From Scyliorhinus canicula (Eukaryota), in contig NW_024055751.1 in NCBI RefSeq assembly GCF_902713615.1, positions 124,001 to 188,000 of the forward strand: a DNA stretch of 64,000 nucleotides, read 5' to 3'. The position numbers and the translations under genes are program-made. The notes beneath the pieces were generated by a model. The model ran no database searches, was not told the origin of the DNA, and saw only the letters and a program-made list of their open reading frames with translations. Shown piece by piece: positions 1 through 10,450 of the stretch; position 1 is the first letter of the stretch, and every line of letters begins with the position of its first letter.

Positions 1-44
1 ACATCACACGTGTCCTCAGTCTGACTCCACATAGGCGGTGCTCT

Positions 45-54
45 GCGCATGCGC
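45..54. promoter_or_regulatory. NRF1-type palindrome upstream of V1
   Basis: GCGCATGCGC about 200 bp upstream of the leader ATG; motif match only. Confidence 0.4.
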
Positions 55-257
55 ATTTTTCGACCCACTCCCCATCCAATGCTGAATCTTCCTCACAGCT
101 TCACTTTGTGATCACAAGCCCATGAGAACCGGCTCGGGCGGGCACGGTGCAGTTGGTATTAGACTCAGTTTGATGGACAACAACGCTGCCTCCGCGGTAT
201 TGTCTCTGGTCCTGAACACTACCGAGAGCTACTGAACACAGATCGACAGGATCCAAC

Positions 258-765
258 ATGAAGCTGAGCTTCACTTTAGTGATTATCTCCCTGAATTTCT
301 TACTCTTCTCTCCGTGTGAGTGTGATCACTGTATCTGGCGGAATATTTCACACATCAGATCTGTCATGCTGTACTAATCGTAACATACAGTTTCCTCTAT
401 TGTATATCTTGCTATGTCATGTTGTATTTGATTGTGCTATATCATATTCTCGCGGTATGTGTGATATTAAATTATTCATGTTATTTTACATCTCAGATGC
501 TGCTGGCAGTGAAGAAGTATCACAGTCTCCAGAGTCAATCGTTGTTACCGAGGGGGATGTTGCATCCTTGGCCTGTTCCACCACAGTAGCAGGAATGATC
601 CTACAATGGTACAAATACCCGGATGGAACCATGCAGCACCTGGCGAGCGGTACCAGTGCTCAGGGCCGGATCACAGCTCGGTTCATTTCAGCAGAGAAAC
701 ACAGCTCTCTGAATGTTAGTGACGTTCGAGTGACAGACACCGCCACCTATCTCTGTGCAGTGAGG
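258..765 (+). CDS. TCR alpha/delta-type V gene segment (V1), open; leader exon 258-315, intron 316-496, V exon 497-765
   Basis: Leader MKLSFTLVIISLNFLLFSP + phase-1 donor GTGAGT at 316; acceptor tctcAG ends at 496; in-frame V with Cys (LAC), Trp (LQWY) and D-x-A-x-Y-x-C (DTATYLCAVR); followed by a consensus 23-RSS. Confidence 0.92.
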
Positions 766-804
766 CACAGTGAACTGAAAACCATTCAGCGCCGTACAAA
801 AACC
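766..804 (+). other. Recombination signal sequence, 23-bp spacer
   Basis: CACAGTG (766-772) + 23 nt + ACAAAAACC (796-804): exact consensus. Confidence 0.97.
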
Positions 805-1121
805 TGACGGGTGATTCTGAAAGTGTGCAGCCTGTGCGGTTATCCGAGAGCAAGGATGTTAGTAACACTGTTCCGTGGATATGCCGCAATGAGTGAGGTC
901 TGTTCATGATTTGGGGTTGCTCTTTCATATCAGAAAAGAAGGGCCATAATCCATTTAAATTCATTTTATTTATTTAGAAGTCACAACCAGAGAACACGGG
1001 TTCCATGGTGCTTCAAGATAATAATCATTGTGCCGTTCGGCGAGCCAATATTCAGAGGCCGTTGTCTATTTCTTGTTTTAAATCAAATTCCAGACTGAGA
1101 CACATTCCAGTTTTGTTACAG

Positions 1122-1372
1122 GGATGAGTGATGCACAATCAGTCTCCCAGGATCCGTCCGAATTGAAGGCTCTAGAAAGACAGTTCAGTTATAATCACTC
1201 CATATCCAAGAGCTTTCTCTGCCTATGTAGGCCGGTCAATATTACGGGATAACTGCGAGATATTTACTGAGGAGGTATCGGCTGAGACATTGTGCTATGT
1301 CACAAGATTTCTCACATCGGTTGGTTTGAACAAGGATAAAAACAACAGTGCAAATGTTTGATTAACAAACCT
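1122..1372 (+). pseudogene. TCR V pseudogene (frameshifted, no RSS seen)
   Basis: Acceptor ttacAG, then GMSDAQSVSQDPSELKALE; later frame reads RYLLRRY..DFSHRL; stops and frameshifts, no recognisable second Cys or RSS. Confidence 0.6.
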
Positions 1373-1458
1373 GCCAATGTTTGTTCCCCGTGGGCCTGGG
1401 ATGGAATTAACCTGGCTGATCAAGGTGCTAAAAAAGACTACACAAATACTCGCGGAGG

Positions 1459-1910
1459 AGTTTTTTGCGGGTTCTTGGTTTTTATCTGATGCTGTGTTTC
1501 ACTGCACAGGAAAAGACCACCACACTTAGGCCGCTTATTTAATGAGCAACGGGCAGATGTTGTCTTCAGATTCCATCTTTTTACAGTTTTTACAGCCTTA
1601 CTACTTCATTAATAATCCAGTTTGGACACTGCTCGTTTCTGTCCATATCAGTGGATGATTCTTATTACCTGGGTTATATATTTGCAATCCATCCCTTCAA
1701 ACACAACTACTGTCACCGGAAACTGGGTCTGCAAGTAGTCCGCCTGTGAAAGAAGAGGATCTAAAGAGCAGAAGGTTAAACAGGATCAAGGTATTATCCT
1801 CTATCTAACTGTATGAGTCTGTGTAAATTCCCATCAATCTGTTAAACTGTCTTGATGAGCAAAATCCAGTACTCAATGTGCAAGATCCCCGCCAGTATTA
1901 TTAGAAACAT
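1459..1910 (-). pseudogene. TCR V pseudogene, minus-strand family copy A (leader 1910-1877, V exon 1743-1497, degenerate RSS)
   Basis: Leader MFLIILAGILH with donor mutated to TTGAGT; exon reads QTQFPVTVVVFEGMDC with stops and ends VFSCAVK; heptamer CACAGCA (1496-1490), nonamer-like GCAAAAAAC. Confidence 0.8.
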
Positions 1911-2046
1911 GTCTGCCTGGATCTCTCAGTGAATGGGTATGGAATGACTCAGAGATTGAGAGGAGAGGGAATCCGAGCTCTGTTCAGCTCAATGTCCCAC
2001 CCAGACACGGCAAGGGAGCCAGGCCCACTGTGACAAAGGCCCACGG

Positions 2047-2056
2047 TGACATCACT
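2047..2056 (-). promoter_or_regulatory. TCR V-promoter decamer (CRE-like) AGTGATGTCA
   Basis: Matches the AGTGAYRTCA decamer known from TCR V promoters; about 140 bp upstream of the copy A leader; conserved in paralog B. Confidence 0.65.
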
Positions 2057-2111
2057 GAGTATACGTCTGGCTTTGGTCTCATGTGACTTTCTAACTATCA
2101 TGTTGGGCTTT

Positions 2112-2125
2112 GCGCCCTCTGCTGG
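2112..2125 (-). promoter_or_regulatory. CTCF-binding motif
   Basis: Minus strand CCAGCAGAGGGCGC fits the CTCF core CCASYAGRKGGCRS; conserved in paralog B. Confidence 0.7.
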
Positions 2126-2399
2126 TGGATTCTGTTCAATCGGTTCAGAATGAGGGTTACTGAATAGACTTACGGTTTATTGATTTGTATGTCAAAACAT
2201 TAATGTCAGGAATGAGAACTGACTATCCAAATCTGGATTCTTCTCATTATTTCTTTCTCTGGTGCTATCTGTCGGAAGGCAGGTCCAACCCATTGCAACG
2301 TCACTGGGAGGCAGGTCGCAACTACCCCAGCGCTGGAACAGGAATCCAGACCGTTCTGGCTTTCCAATCTCCTGAGCAATCCCCAACCGTCCTTCGCAG

Positions 2400-3240
2400 A
2401 CAACATGAAATCGTCGGTGTGCTAAATAGCGAGGAGGAATGGTTTAGATTGCAGGATGGTATAGACGGACGGGCAGATGGGCAGAACAGTGGCAAATGGA
2501 ATTTAACCCTGATGCATTTTGGGAGGACGTAAATTGCAAGAAAATACACAATGAATGGCAGGATGCCAAGAAATACAGAGGCAAGAGGGGCCTTGTTCAT
2601 GCCCACAGATCCCCGCAGGCAACTGGACAAGTAGATAAGGTGGTGAAGGGATACTTGCCTTCATTAACTGTGGCATGGAATATAAGAGCAGGGAGGTAAT
2701 TATGGAGCTGTTTAAAACGCTGGTTAGTCTTCAGCTGGAGTATTTTGTGCACATCTGGTCGCACCTTACGGAAAGGATGTGATTATACCAGAGAGGGTGC
2801 CGAGGAGATTAATCAGGAGGCTTTCTGGGCAGGAATGTTTCAGCTATGAGGTGAGGCTGGATAGGCTGGGATATTATCCTTAACGCAGAGAATACTGAGG
2901 AGGACCTAATCGAGGTGTTCAAAATTATGCGTAATATAGATAGGAAGATACCTTTCCATTAGTAGAGGGGTCAATAACGAGGGGGCGTAGATTTAAGGTC
3001 AGGGCAGAAGATTTAGAGGGAATTTGAGCGTTGTAAGATCCTGGAACACACTGTCTGTAAGGCTGGTCGAGGCGGGAACACTCACAACAATAAAGAAGCG
3101 TTCAGATGAGGACTTGAATCGCCATTGCATGCAAGGTTCCGGGCCAAGTGTCAGAAATTGGTTTCGACTCGATAGGTACTTGATGGCCGGGGCAAACACG
3201 ATGGGTCAAAGGGCCTCTTCTTTGCCATAACGCTCTACGA
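2400..3240 (+). mobile_element. Decayed CR1/HER1-type LINE 3' fragment
   Basis: Fragments such as DGQNSGKWNLTLMHFGRT and DKVVK; 3' UTR motif gggtcaaagggcctc. Confidence 0.8.
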
Positions 3241-3402
3241 CTAAGGAGCCAGAGGCACGGAAGCTGCTGATGACGCTACAAGGCCATCTCTCCTTAGGTC
3301 AAAGAAAGTAAAGGAGAGACTGAACTGAATTATTGAAATGTAAGTGGGTCTGTCAAAGACGATGACACAGAGCTGTTGCCACGAGCAGATCCTTGGATAA
3401 TG

Positions 3403-3585
3403 GGGCTGGTTTGGCACACTGGGCTAAATCACTGGCTTTTAAAGCAGACCAAGGCAGGCCAGCAGCACGGTTCAATTCCCGTACCAGCCTCCCCGAACTG
3501 GCGACGGAATGTGGCGACTAGGGGTGTTTCACAGTAACTTCATTAAAGCCTAAAGCGTGACAATAAGCGATTTTCATTTTTTTTT
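3403..3585 (+). mobile_element. tRNA-derived SINE, family A (ggggctggtttagcac...taagcgattttcattt)
   Basis: Near-identical copies also at about 10870-11040(-), 21890-22065(-), 25400-25580(-), 38284-38470(+), 39520-39660(-), 39873-40050(+), 40225-40392(-), 54005-54190(+), 55730-55880(+) and 58690-58870(-). Confidence 0.85.
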
Positions 3586-4180
3586 CATAATACAAGGATG
3601 GAGGAGAAATAAAGCCCAGGAAAATTCCATTCATCATCTACACTGCAATTTGCTAAACCACAGAAGAGGTGTCTAAATAAAGGAAGGAAATTCAACAATA
3701 ACTTTAAGAAGTAAATGTAAAGGCAATTACCCGGCTATGTAAAAAATGCTATTTTTGAAAGAAGAATAAGATAACGATTACAAAGTGTCTCAGGAATTGA
3801 GATTGTGTGGCCTCATCCCTGACTCGAAGATTCTAGTCCGCCATGTCCTTCCCGATATTTTCTTCTCAGTACCTTGCACAGTGAGCAGGTGCAGGATGGT
3901 TACGGTCTAGTGAAGATTCAACCGTCGCTATTTCCGCTCCTTCACTGCCGAGTGCAGCTGAGAGTCACCGCACACTTCACTCAATATTCAGACTGCGGTA
4001 CCCCGCCCACAGCTTCCGGTTGCTGCTCTCACTCTGATCCAATTGTGTTATTGGAGAGATTGCTGCTGCTTGTTCTTTCCTTTCATTGGCCGGATTAGCA
4101 ATGCAGTGTGACGGGGATCTGTATTTCCGTCTCTGACAGATGGTTTCTCTCATTGTAGAGTTACAAACTCAAGAAGGATC

Positions 4181-4672
4181 ATGGGGAACCATCTCCCTTC
4201 GCTCTTCATCGTTATCTCACTTCTCCGTAAGTATTTCCTTCATTCTCTTCCTGGCTGCTGTAACACAGATTGTATTGTTGGTAAAATGGCAGTGATTATT
4301 TTGCTGATGATCGTATTGCATAATATGAAGCTGACTCTGACTGTCATTATCGCTGTTACTCCTGTTAGAATGGAGCCACCAAGACACCGTGGAACAAAAG
4401 GAACCTGAAATAACGGTTAAAGAGGAAAGTAATGTCACAATAACCTGCAACTTGAAAACAAATGCTCCTATCCCTTATGTGTATTGGTACAGTCAGCAGC
4501 CCGGGAAAGCTCCAAGCTACATGTTTCTTCTCATTGGACAGACTGTGCAAAGGAAAACCGACCTCAATGATCGGTTTTCTTCTACGTTTGATGAAAAGAA
4601 CAAGACTACCGAGCTAACGATCAGTAACACAATGGTCTCCGACAGCGCCGTGTATTTCTGTGCCATGCAGCC
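4181..4672 (+). CDS. TCR alpha/delta-type V gene segment (V2), open; leader exon 4181-4226, V exon 4369-4672
   Basis: Leader MGNHLPSLFIVISLL + phase-1 GTAAGT at 4227; acceptor gttAG ends at 4368; in-frame DTVEQ..TITCNL..YWYSQQPGKAP..RFS..DSAVYFCAMQP. Confidence 0.93.
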
Positions 4673-4712
4673 CACACTGCTACAGACATATGGGGGATCC
4701 CGTACAAAAACC
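4673..4712 (+). other. RSS of V2 (CACACTG, 24-nt spacer, ACAAAAACC)
   Basis: Heptamer 4673-4679, spacer 4680-4703, nonamer 4704-4712. Confidence 0.88.
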
Positions 4713-5103
4713 GCACACTGGCAGTTCCAGCTGCTGCTCAGCAGATACCGCCCTCATCGATAGTTCAGTTTCTACAGTGAATGACAAACATTGTAACAAA
4801 ACATCGCACAAAAAGCAATAGGTGAGGTCCACTTGCACAGTTAAACCAGTTTACGATTGCAACTTGCATTCATAACTGATGTAAGATTGACGAATCGATC
4901 TGTGATTCGAAAACTCCTGCTTCTTGTTCATATCTTGGTGTACAGACTCACTCACTCAGTAAACTATCAGGTCTCACTGAACTATAACAAATGCAACAAT
5001 TTAAATTCATATTGAGCTTTTCACATCATTATATGTCCAAAGGAGTTTCAGAGGAGCATTCAGGTTATATAATCAAAAGCCTGCTCAAAGACTTTGGTTA
5101 TTT

Positions 5104-5280
5104 GGGGCGGCACAGTGGCTAGCCCTGCTGCCTCACAGCGCCAGGGACCCGGATTCAATCCTCGCCTTGGGCGAGTTCATGGCCTTTGCACGTTCTCCCC
5201 GTGTCTGTGATGGTTGCCGCCGTGTGCACCGGTTTCCTCCCACAACCCAAAAATATGCAGAATAGGTGGATTAGATAGAT
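5104..5280 (+). mobile_element. HE1-type SINE (gggcggcacggtgg...ggtttcctcccacaa)
   Basis: tRNA-like head with A/B boxes; related copies at about 6868-7015, 7470-7778(-), 8640-8792(-), 23680-23890, 27265-27575, 37258-37605, 44150-44430, 45190-45690, 50030-50230(-), 50370-50650(-), 54810-55120(-) and 61405-61715. Confidence 0.8.
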
Positions 5281-5820
5281 TTAATAAACCTGAATCAGGC
5301 CCCCCTTCAGCCTTCTCTGCTCTGAGGAAAACAACCCTAAGCTAATCAGCCTGTCTTCATAGCAGAAACACTCCATCCCCGGCAACATCCTGGTGAATCT
5401 CCACTGCACCCGCTCTACTGCAATCAAATCCTTCCTGTAGTCCGGCGACCAGAACTGCACACAGTGATCCACCCGTTGCCTAACCAGCGTTTCTGCAGCT
5501 TCATCATAACCTCCCTGCTCTTATGTTCAACGGAAAATAAACGCAAATATTTCATAAGACTTTCTTAACCACCGCATTTACCTGTCCTGCTGCTTTCAGG
5601 GGTCCATGGATACGCACCCCCGGCCCCTCTGGTTACTGTAATTCCGAGCGTCCTACTGTTCATTATATATTCCCTTGCCTTTCTAGCCCTCCCAAATTGC
5701 ATCACCTCGCAATTTTCGGAGTCAATTTGCCACTGTTTTAAGGTTTTCCTCCTCACTATTTACCACATCAACAATGTTCTCGGAATCTGCGAACTTACTG
5801 ATTATACCTCTACCAGCGCC
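5280..5820 (-). mobile_element. CR1-type LINE fragment
   Basis: HCVQFWSPDYRKDLIAVERVQWRFTRMLPG is the typical CR1 ORF2 C-terminal region. Confidence 0.85.
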
Positions 5821-5959
5821 CCTGGGTTACACGGAATGTGGAGCTGAGGCCATGGTCACCTTCGTCATGATGTCACTGAATTGTGGAGTAGACTCGAGTG
5901 GCCGATTGACCAACTCCCTGCTCCCAAGTCGGATGTTCATATGGCAATGAAAAGACCCT

Positions 5960-6230
5960 GCATTTTCCAGAGTCAGTGTTTGTTACTGAGGGAGGGACAA
6001 TCGTTGAGCTGAGCCCCCACACCAGCAGGCCGTATCCTTCAATGGTGCGGCGATCCCAATGCCTCAGCCAGCTCACGGTACTGGTTATTCTAACATTATC
6101 ACATCTTGCTTTATTGCAGCAGGGAAATGCATTCCTCTGATTGCCAGCGACACGCCAGTGAAAGACAAGGCCAGTAAAATTGGGCAGCCAATACCTGGAC
6201 ATAAATATGTACGCAGAAATCCTGGAAGTT
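5960..6230 (+). pseudogene. TCR V pseudogene, V1 family
   Basis: FPESVFVTEGG..GRILQW, then after a frameshift AHGT..IITSCFIAAGK..LIASDTPVKDKA, colinear with V1 (SPESIVVTEG..GMILQW..ASGT..RITARFISAEK..LNVSDVRVTDTA); first and second Cys lost; nonamer-like gtacgcagaaatcc. Confidence 0.75.
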
Positions 6231-6479
6231 TGTCACTCGCGGAATTATTATAGCGCGAGGAATGTTACAGCACTCAGAATCCGAGATACACAGAACCACC
6301 AGTTCAGATGAGGCCTTCCGGTCATTCGAGTCTGCACCAACACGTGAAATATACAGGACTAACTACAGGACCTCATTTGTCAGCACGTGTTCCATAGCCT
6401 TGAATGTGAAGACGTGCAATATGCTCATCCAGGTACTATTTAATGGATATGAAGCACACTGCCTCTACCACCCTCCCAC

Positions 6480-6860
6480 GTACTTTACTCCAGATAGTCA
6501 CCATCCTCTGAATAAATAAGATTTCCCTCAAATCCCCATAACCTCCTGCCCCTCACCTTGAACTTGTGTCCCCTCGCAACTGACCCTTCAACTAAGGGGA
6601 ACTGCTGCTCCCTATCCACCCTGCCATGACCCTCGTAATCTTGTACACCCAAGACTATGCAACTTCTCTTCATAACATAAATGTTCCATCCCAGGCAACA
6701 TAATGGTGAATCTCCTCTGCACCCCCTCCAGTGCAATCACATCCTTCCTATAATGTGGCGCCCAGAATTGCACACAGTACTCCAGCTGTGGCCTCACGGC
6801 AGTTCTGTACAACTCCAACATGATCTCCCTGCTTTTAGAATCCATGCCTCTATTGTCCTG
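6480..6860 (-). mobile_element. CR1-type LINE fragment
   Basis: SREIMLELYRTAVRPQLEYCVQFWAPHYRKDVIALEGVQRRFT. Confidence 0.88.
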
Positions 6861-8237
6861 CAAGCAGGGACGGTGCGGCGGAACAGGAGTGGTACAGTGG
6901 TTAGCACTGCTGCCTCACAGCGCCAGGGACCCGGGTTCACTTCCGGCCGTGAGTGTGCAGTTTGTACTTTCTCCCCATGTCTGCGAGGGTTTCCTCCGGC
7001 TGCTCAAGTTTTTTTTAAGACCTTATCAGAGTTACAAAGCTAGAGCTCAGAGTGTGGACAGGGGCAAATCCCTAATGCAGCTCCATGCCTGCTCCAAAAA
7101 CCAATTCAAATTGAATCCAATTCATGCCCCCCAGAAGAGAGATATACGAGATCCAGGCATTCCACCTGACCTCACGGTCATTTTAGCAAAAGGTCCGAGA
7201 AGCGATTTCCTCCCACAGTTCAAAGGTGTGTAGAAAACCTGGATTGGCCTTGCTAAATTTCCCCTTAGCGCCCCTTCGTCTCAATTGGACGAAGTCTGTC
7301 CCCGATCTGCGTGGGAATCCAACATAAAACATGTCGTGTCAACAGAAACTTCAGGTATTTTCGATCGACAGCTTGATATGCATTAAGGTCTAAACCTGGC
7401 ACCATGTGCTTCCCATGTCCCAGACTGATAGTAATTCTCATGTTGTTCAGCGGTTATTGTACATAATAATAATAATCTTTATTAGTGTCACAATTTGGCT
7501 TACATTATGCCAGCAGTGAAGTTACGTTGAAAATCCCCTAGTCACCACATTCCGACGCCTGTTCGGGTACACAGAGGGAGAATTCAGAATGTCCAAATTA
7601 CCTAACAGCAAGTATTTTTGGGAATTGTGGGAGAAAACCGGAACACCCTGAGGAAACCCATGCAGACAGTGGGAGAATGTGCAGACTCCACCCAGACAGT
7701 GACTCAAGCAGGGAATCGAACCCCGGTTCCTGGAACTGTGAGGCAGCAATGCAAACCACTGAGCCACAGTGCCGCCCATTAAGTACCTTGTACATTTAGT
7801 ACCGCAGCAGACATTGATCCATTCTGCATTTCGTTACATGAACGGGTAACGAGAAGTCTTTGTCCTTAGACTCATCTGCGAGAACAGGCCATGATTTTCG
7901 TCCATCTCAACTCCTCATTTGAATGCCTCCCTCTGCTGGTAGGTAGATACCCCGGTTTCAAAGTTACAATAAAATGTGCAGTATAATAGACAATAATAAG
8001 ATGATAAGGCCATTAGACACAGGAGCAGAATTAGGCCACTTGGCCCATCGAGTGTGCTTCGCCATTCAATCATGGCTGATATTTTCAGCCAAAGCTCTCA
8101 AGATTTCCCAAACTATTCCTCTGTCGATCTACACAAGGACAGAAAAATGTCCGGTAAATAGACATGATTGCTTGCCTGAGCCCGGGATCAATTCCTTCTC
8201 GGAAAGGAACCACAGTGATGCTGTAAACACTCACTCA

Positions 8238-8982
8238 GCGTTGTGTACGGGGCTTTAGGTTTTCTCGAACGCTGTTTCTCAGTGCGCAGTAATAGACCGC
8301 CCCATCCTCCACGTCGAATGCGCTTATATTGAGGCAACCGTTCTGTTTAGATTTGTCAGCAAACGCCAGATATCGTCCTGAACCCACATCTTTCTTCATT
8401 GCTGAGGTGTTGGTGATAATCCATCTCGGTGGCTGTGCCGGTTTCTCCTGATATCATTGCATTTTGGACATGTTGGAGCCTTTATATTGACAATTTAACT
8501 TCACCGAACCCCCTTCTGGGACTGTTATTGTCACTGCTGACTGGGCTACTGGATTACATGTAGCCGGCCTGCGAAAGTGAAGGAATGAAATGAACAGATT
8601 GTTGTTCCTTTATAAAGTTAGAGTTTTTTTTTCAATTAAGAGGTGCTTTTAAGCGTGGCTAGTCCACTTAGCCTGTACATCTAGGTTGTGGGAGTGAGAA
8701 TGTTCAAACGGACAATGATCTGGGACCGGGATCGAACCCGTGTCCTCAGTGCAGTGAGGCAGCAGTGCCAACCATTGCGCCACCGTGCCGCCCTGAGTTT
8801 AAACAGAGTTGATACAAATTTGCTTGTATCTGCGGCATTTTTGGGACCTCTGATGCAGGCACTTCATAGACATTCCCGATCGTTAATTACACATAGCCTA
8901 TGTGTATTAATATGCTAATCTGGTTTAATTAACACTATAATTACTTACTGTGCCAAAGCGCTGCCAGTATTATCACAACCAT
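8238..8982 (-). pseudogene. TCR V pseudogene, minus-strand family copy B (leader 8982-8949, V exon 8568-8277, RSS 8276-8238)
   Basis: Leader MVVIILAALWH + GTAAGT; exon NPVAQSAVTITVPEGGSVKLNCQY..MQ*YQEKPAQPPRW..EDGAVYYCALR; conserved Trp changed to TGA (8456-8454); exon out of phase with the leader; heptamer AACAGCG + 23 + ACACAACGC. Confidence 0.92.
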
Positions 8983-9074
8983 GTCTGACTGAATCTCTCC
9001 CAGTGAACTGGACTGGACTGAGTCAGGGATTGCGTAGGAGGGAACTTAGTGCAGTGCAGGGAGAGGGTCTATTG

Positions 9075-9084
9075 TGACATCACT
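9075..9084 (-). promoter_or_regulatory. TCR V-promoter decamer AGTGATGTCA
   Basis: Same motif and relative position as 2047-2056. Confidence 0.65.
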
Positions 9085-9150
9085 CGCTTCCCATCCTATC
9101 GGCTTGGCCGACACCATCAGGTGAGTTTCTGACGCCCGTGCTTGAATTTG

Positions 9151-9164
9151 GCGCCCTCTGCTGC
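9151..9164 (-). promoter_or_regulatory. CTCF-binding motif
   Basis: Minus strand GCAGCAGAGGGCGC, paralog of 2112-2125. Confidence 0.6.
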
Positions 9165-9655
9165 CGGATCCGGTTTACTCCGTGTTAGAATTCGGCTGTT
9201 GAGTGGATTCAGTGTTGACTGCAATGCATATCAGGGCGTGACACCTAGACAGAAATCTAAATTTCAGCTGTTTATACACTATCTTTGTCACTATAGGTGT
9301 TTCTAATCAAAAAACGATGCTTAATCTGTGCAAATCATCCCTGGAGTTCTCGGTTCACACCATGGATGCGACGAAGTCGAAAGAATGCCAAGACTTTGGT
9401 GGTCATGCGGAGGTTAGAACTCAGAATAATAGCAGGGCTCAACAGACTAGTTTTCTTTATTTTGGTTCTGACGAAGAAGGTACAAAAGGGGAACTGCTCT
9501 GAACATCGCTTTTTTCAGAGACCAAATTGTCTGGAATTATTTTCATTAGCTGAAGGTGAAACGTCCTATGAAGAAAATAGGTGAATGATATTTCATGCTG
9601 CAAGTGTTTGCGAGACAATGAAACGTTACAGAGGACTTTGAATGGATCAGCACCG

Positions 9656-9687
9656 AGGCACGGGCGGGATTCGAACCCGCGACTTTT
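9656..9687 (-). pseudogene. 3' fragment of a tRNA (Thr(CGT)-like T-arm and acceptor end)
   Basis: AAAAGTCGCGGGTTCGAATCCCGCCCGTGCCT resembles the vertebrate tRNA-Thr(CGT) 3' end as recalled (GATCGCGGGTTCGAACCCCGTCCGTGCCT); 5' half replaced by LINE sequence. Confidence 0.6.
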
Positions 9688-10268
9688 GGGATTATGGCGT
9701 TGAAGGCGGAGCTGTAGTCAATAAATAGGAGTCTGATGTAGGAGTCCTTGTTTTCGAGATGCTCTAGGGATGAGTGTAGGGCCAGGGTAATGCCGTCTGA
9801 TGTTGACCGGTTGCGACGGTATGCAAATTGAAGTGGGTTAAGGCGTTCCGGGAGTATGGAGGTGATGCGCCTCGTGATCACCCTCTCGAAGCACTTCATT
9901 ACAACTGACGTCAGGGCCGCCGGAGGGTAGTCATTGAGGCATGTTGCCTCGTTCTTCTTTGGTACCGGTATGATGGTGGTCTTCTTGAAGCAGGTGGGGA
10001 CCTCGGAGTGGAGTAGGGATAGGTTAAAGATGTCTCTGAATACCTCTGCCAGCTGGTATGCGCAGGCTCTGAGTGCACGACCAGGGATCCCGCCCGGGCC
10101 CGTCGCCTTCCATGGGTTCACTTTCAGGAAGGCCAATCTGACTTCGGAAACTGTGATGGTGGGTATGGGTGAATTAAGGGCTGCTGGGGCACTCGACAGC
10201 GGATTGTTGGTTGCCTGCTCAAACCGAGGATAGAATCCATTAAGTTCATCGGGAAGGGATGCGCTGCT
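9688..10268 (-). mobile_element. Rex1/Babar-type LINE reverse transcriptase fragment
   Basis: KATGPGGIPGRALRACAYQLAEVFRDIFNLSL..PVPKK..LQFAYRRNRST..LLFIDYSSAFN. Confidence 0.88.
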
Positions 10269-10280
10269 GCCAGAGATACA

Positions 10281-10450
10281 GTAAGACGTCTTACAACACC
10301 GGGTTAAAGTCCAACAGGTTTGTTTCAAACACGAGCTTTCGGAGGGCAGCTCCTTCCTCAGGTGAATCACAAAACAGAATCATTTAACCTGGTGTTGCAA
10401 GACTTCTTACTGTGCTCACCCCAGTCCAGCGCCGGCATCTCCACATCATG
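10281..10450. mobile_element. Penelope-like short fold-back insertion with 12-bp TSD
   Basis: Two inverted copies of the element tail; GCCAGAGATACA duplicated at 10269-10280 and 10451-10462. Confidence 0.75.

Noticed and set aside
316-496. N-terminal part of ORF 316-807
   Set aside because: Intron read-through; the real start is the leader exon at 258.
3403-3585. tRNA-like A/B boxes in many SINE heads
   Set aside because: No cloverleaf or anticodon arm; followed by SINE body and tail.
9297-9584. Short ORFs, one with RRLELRII..GLN faintly like a GIY-YIG C-terminus
   Set aside because: Too short and diverged to assign; no supporting motifs.
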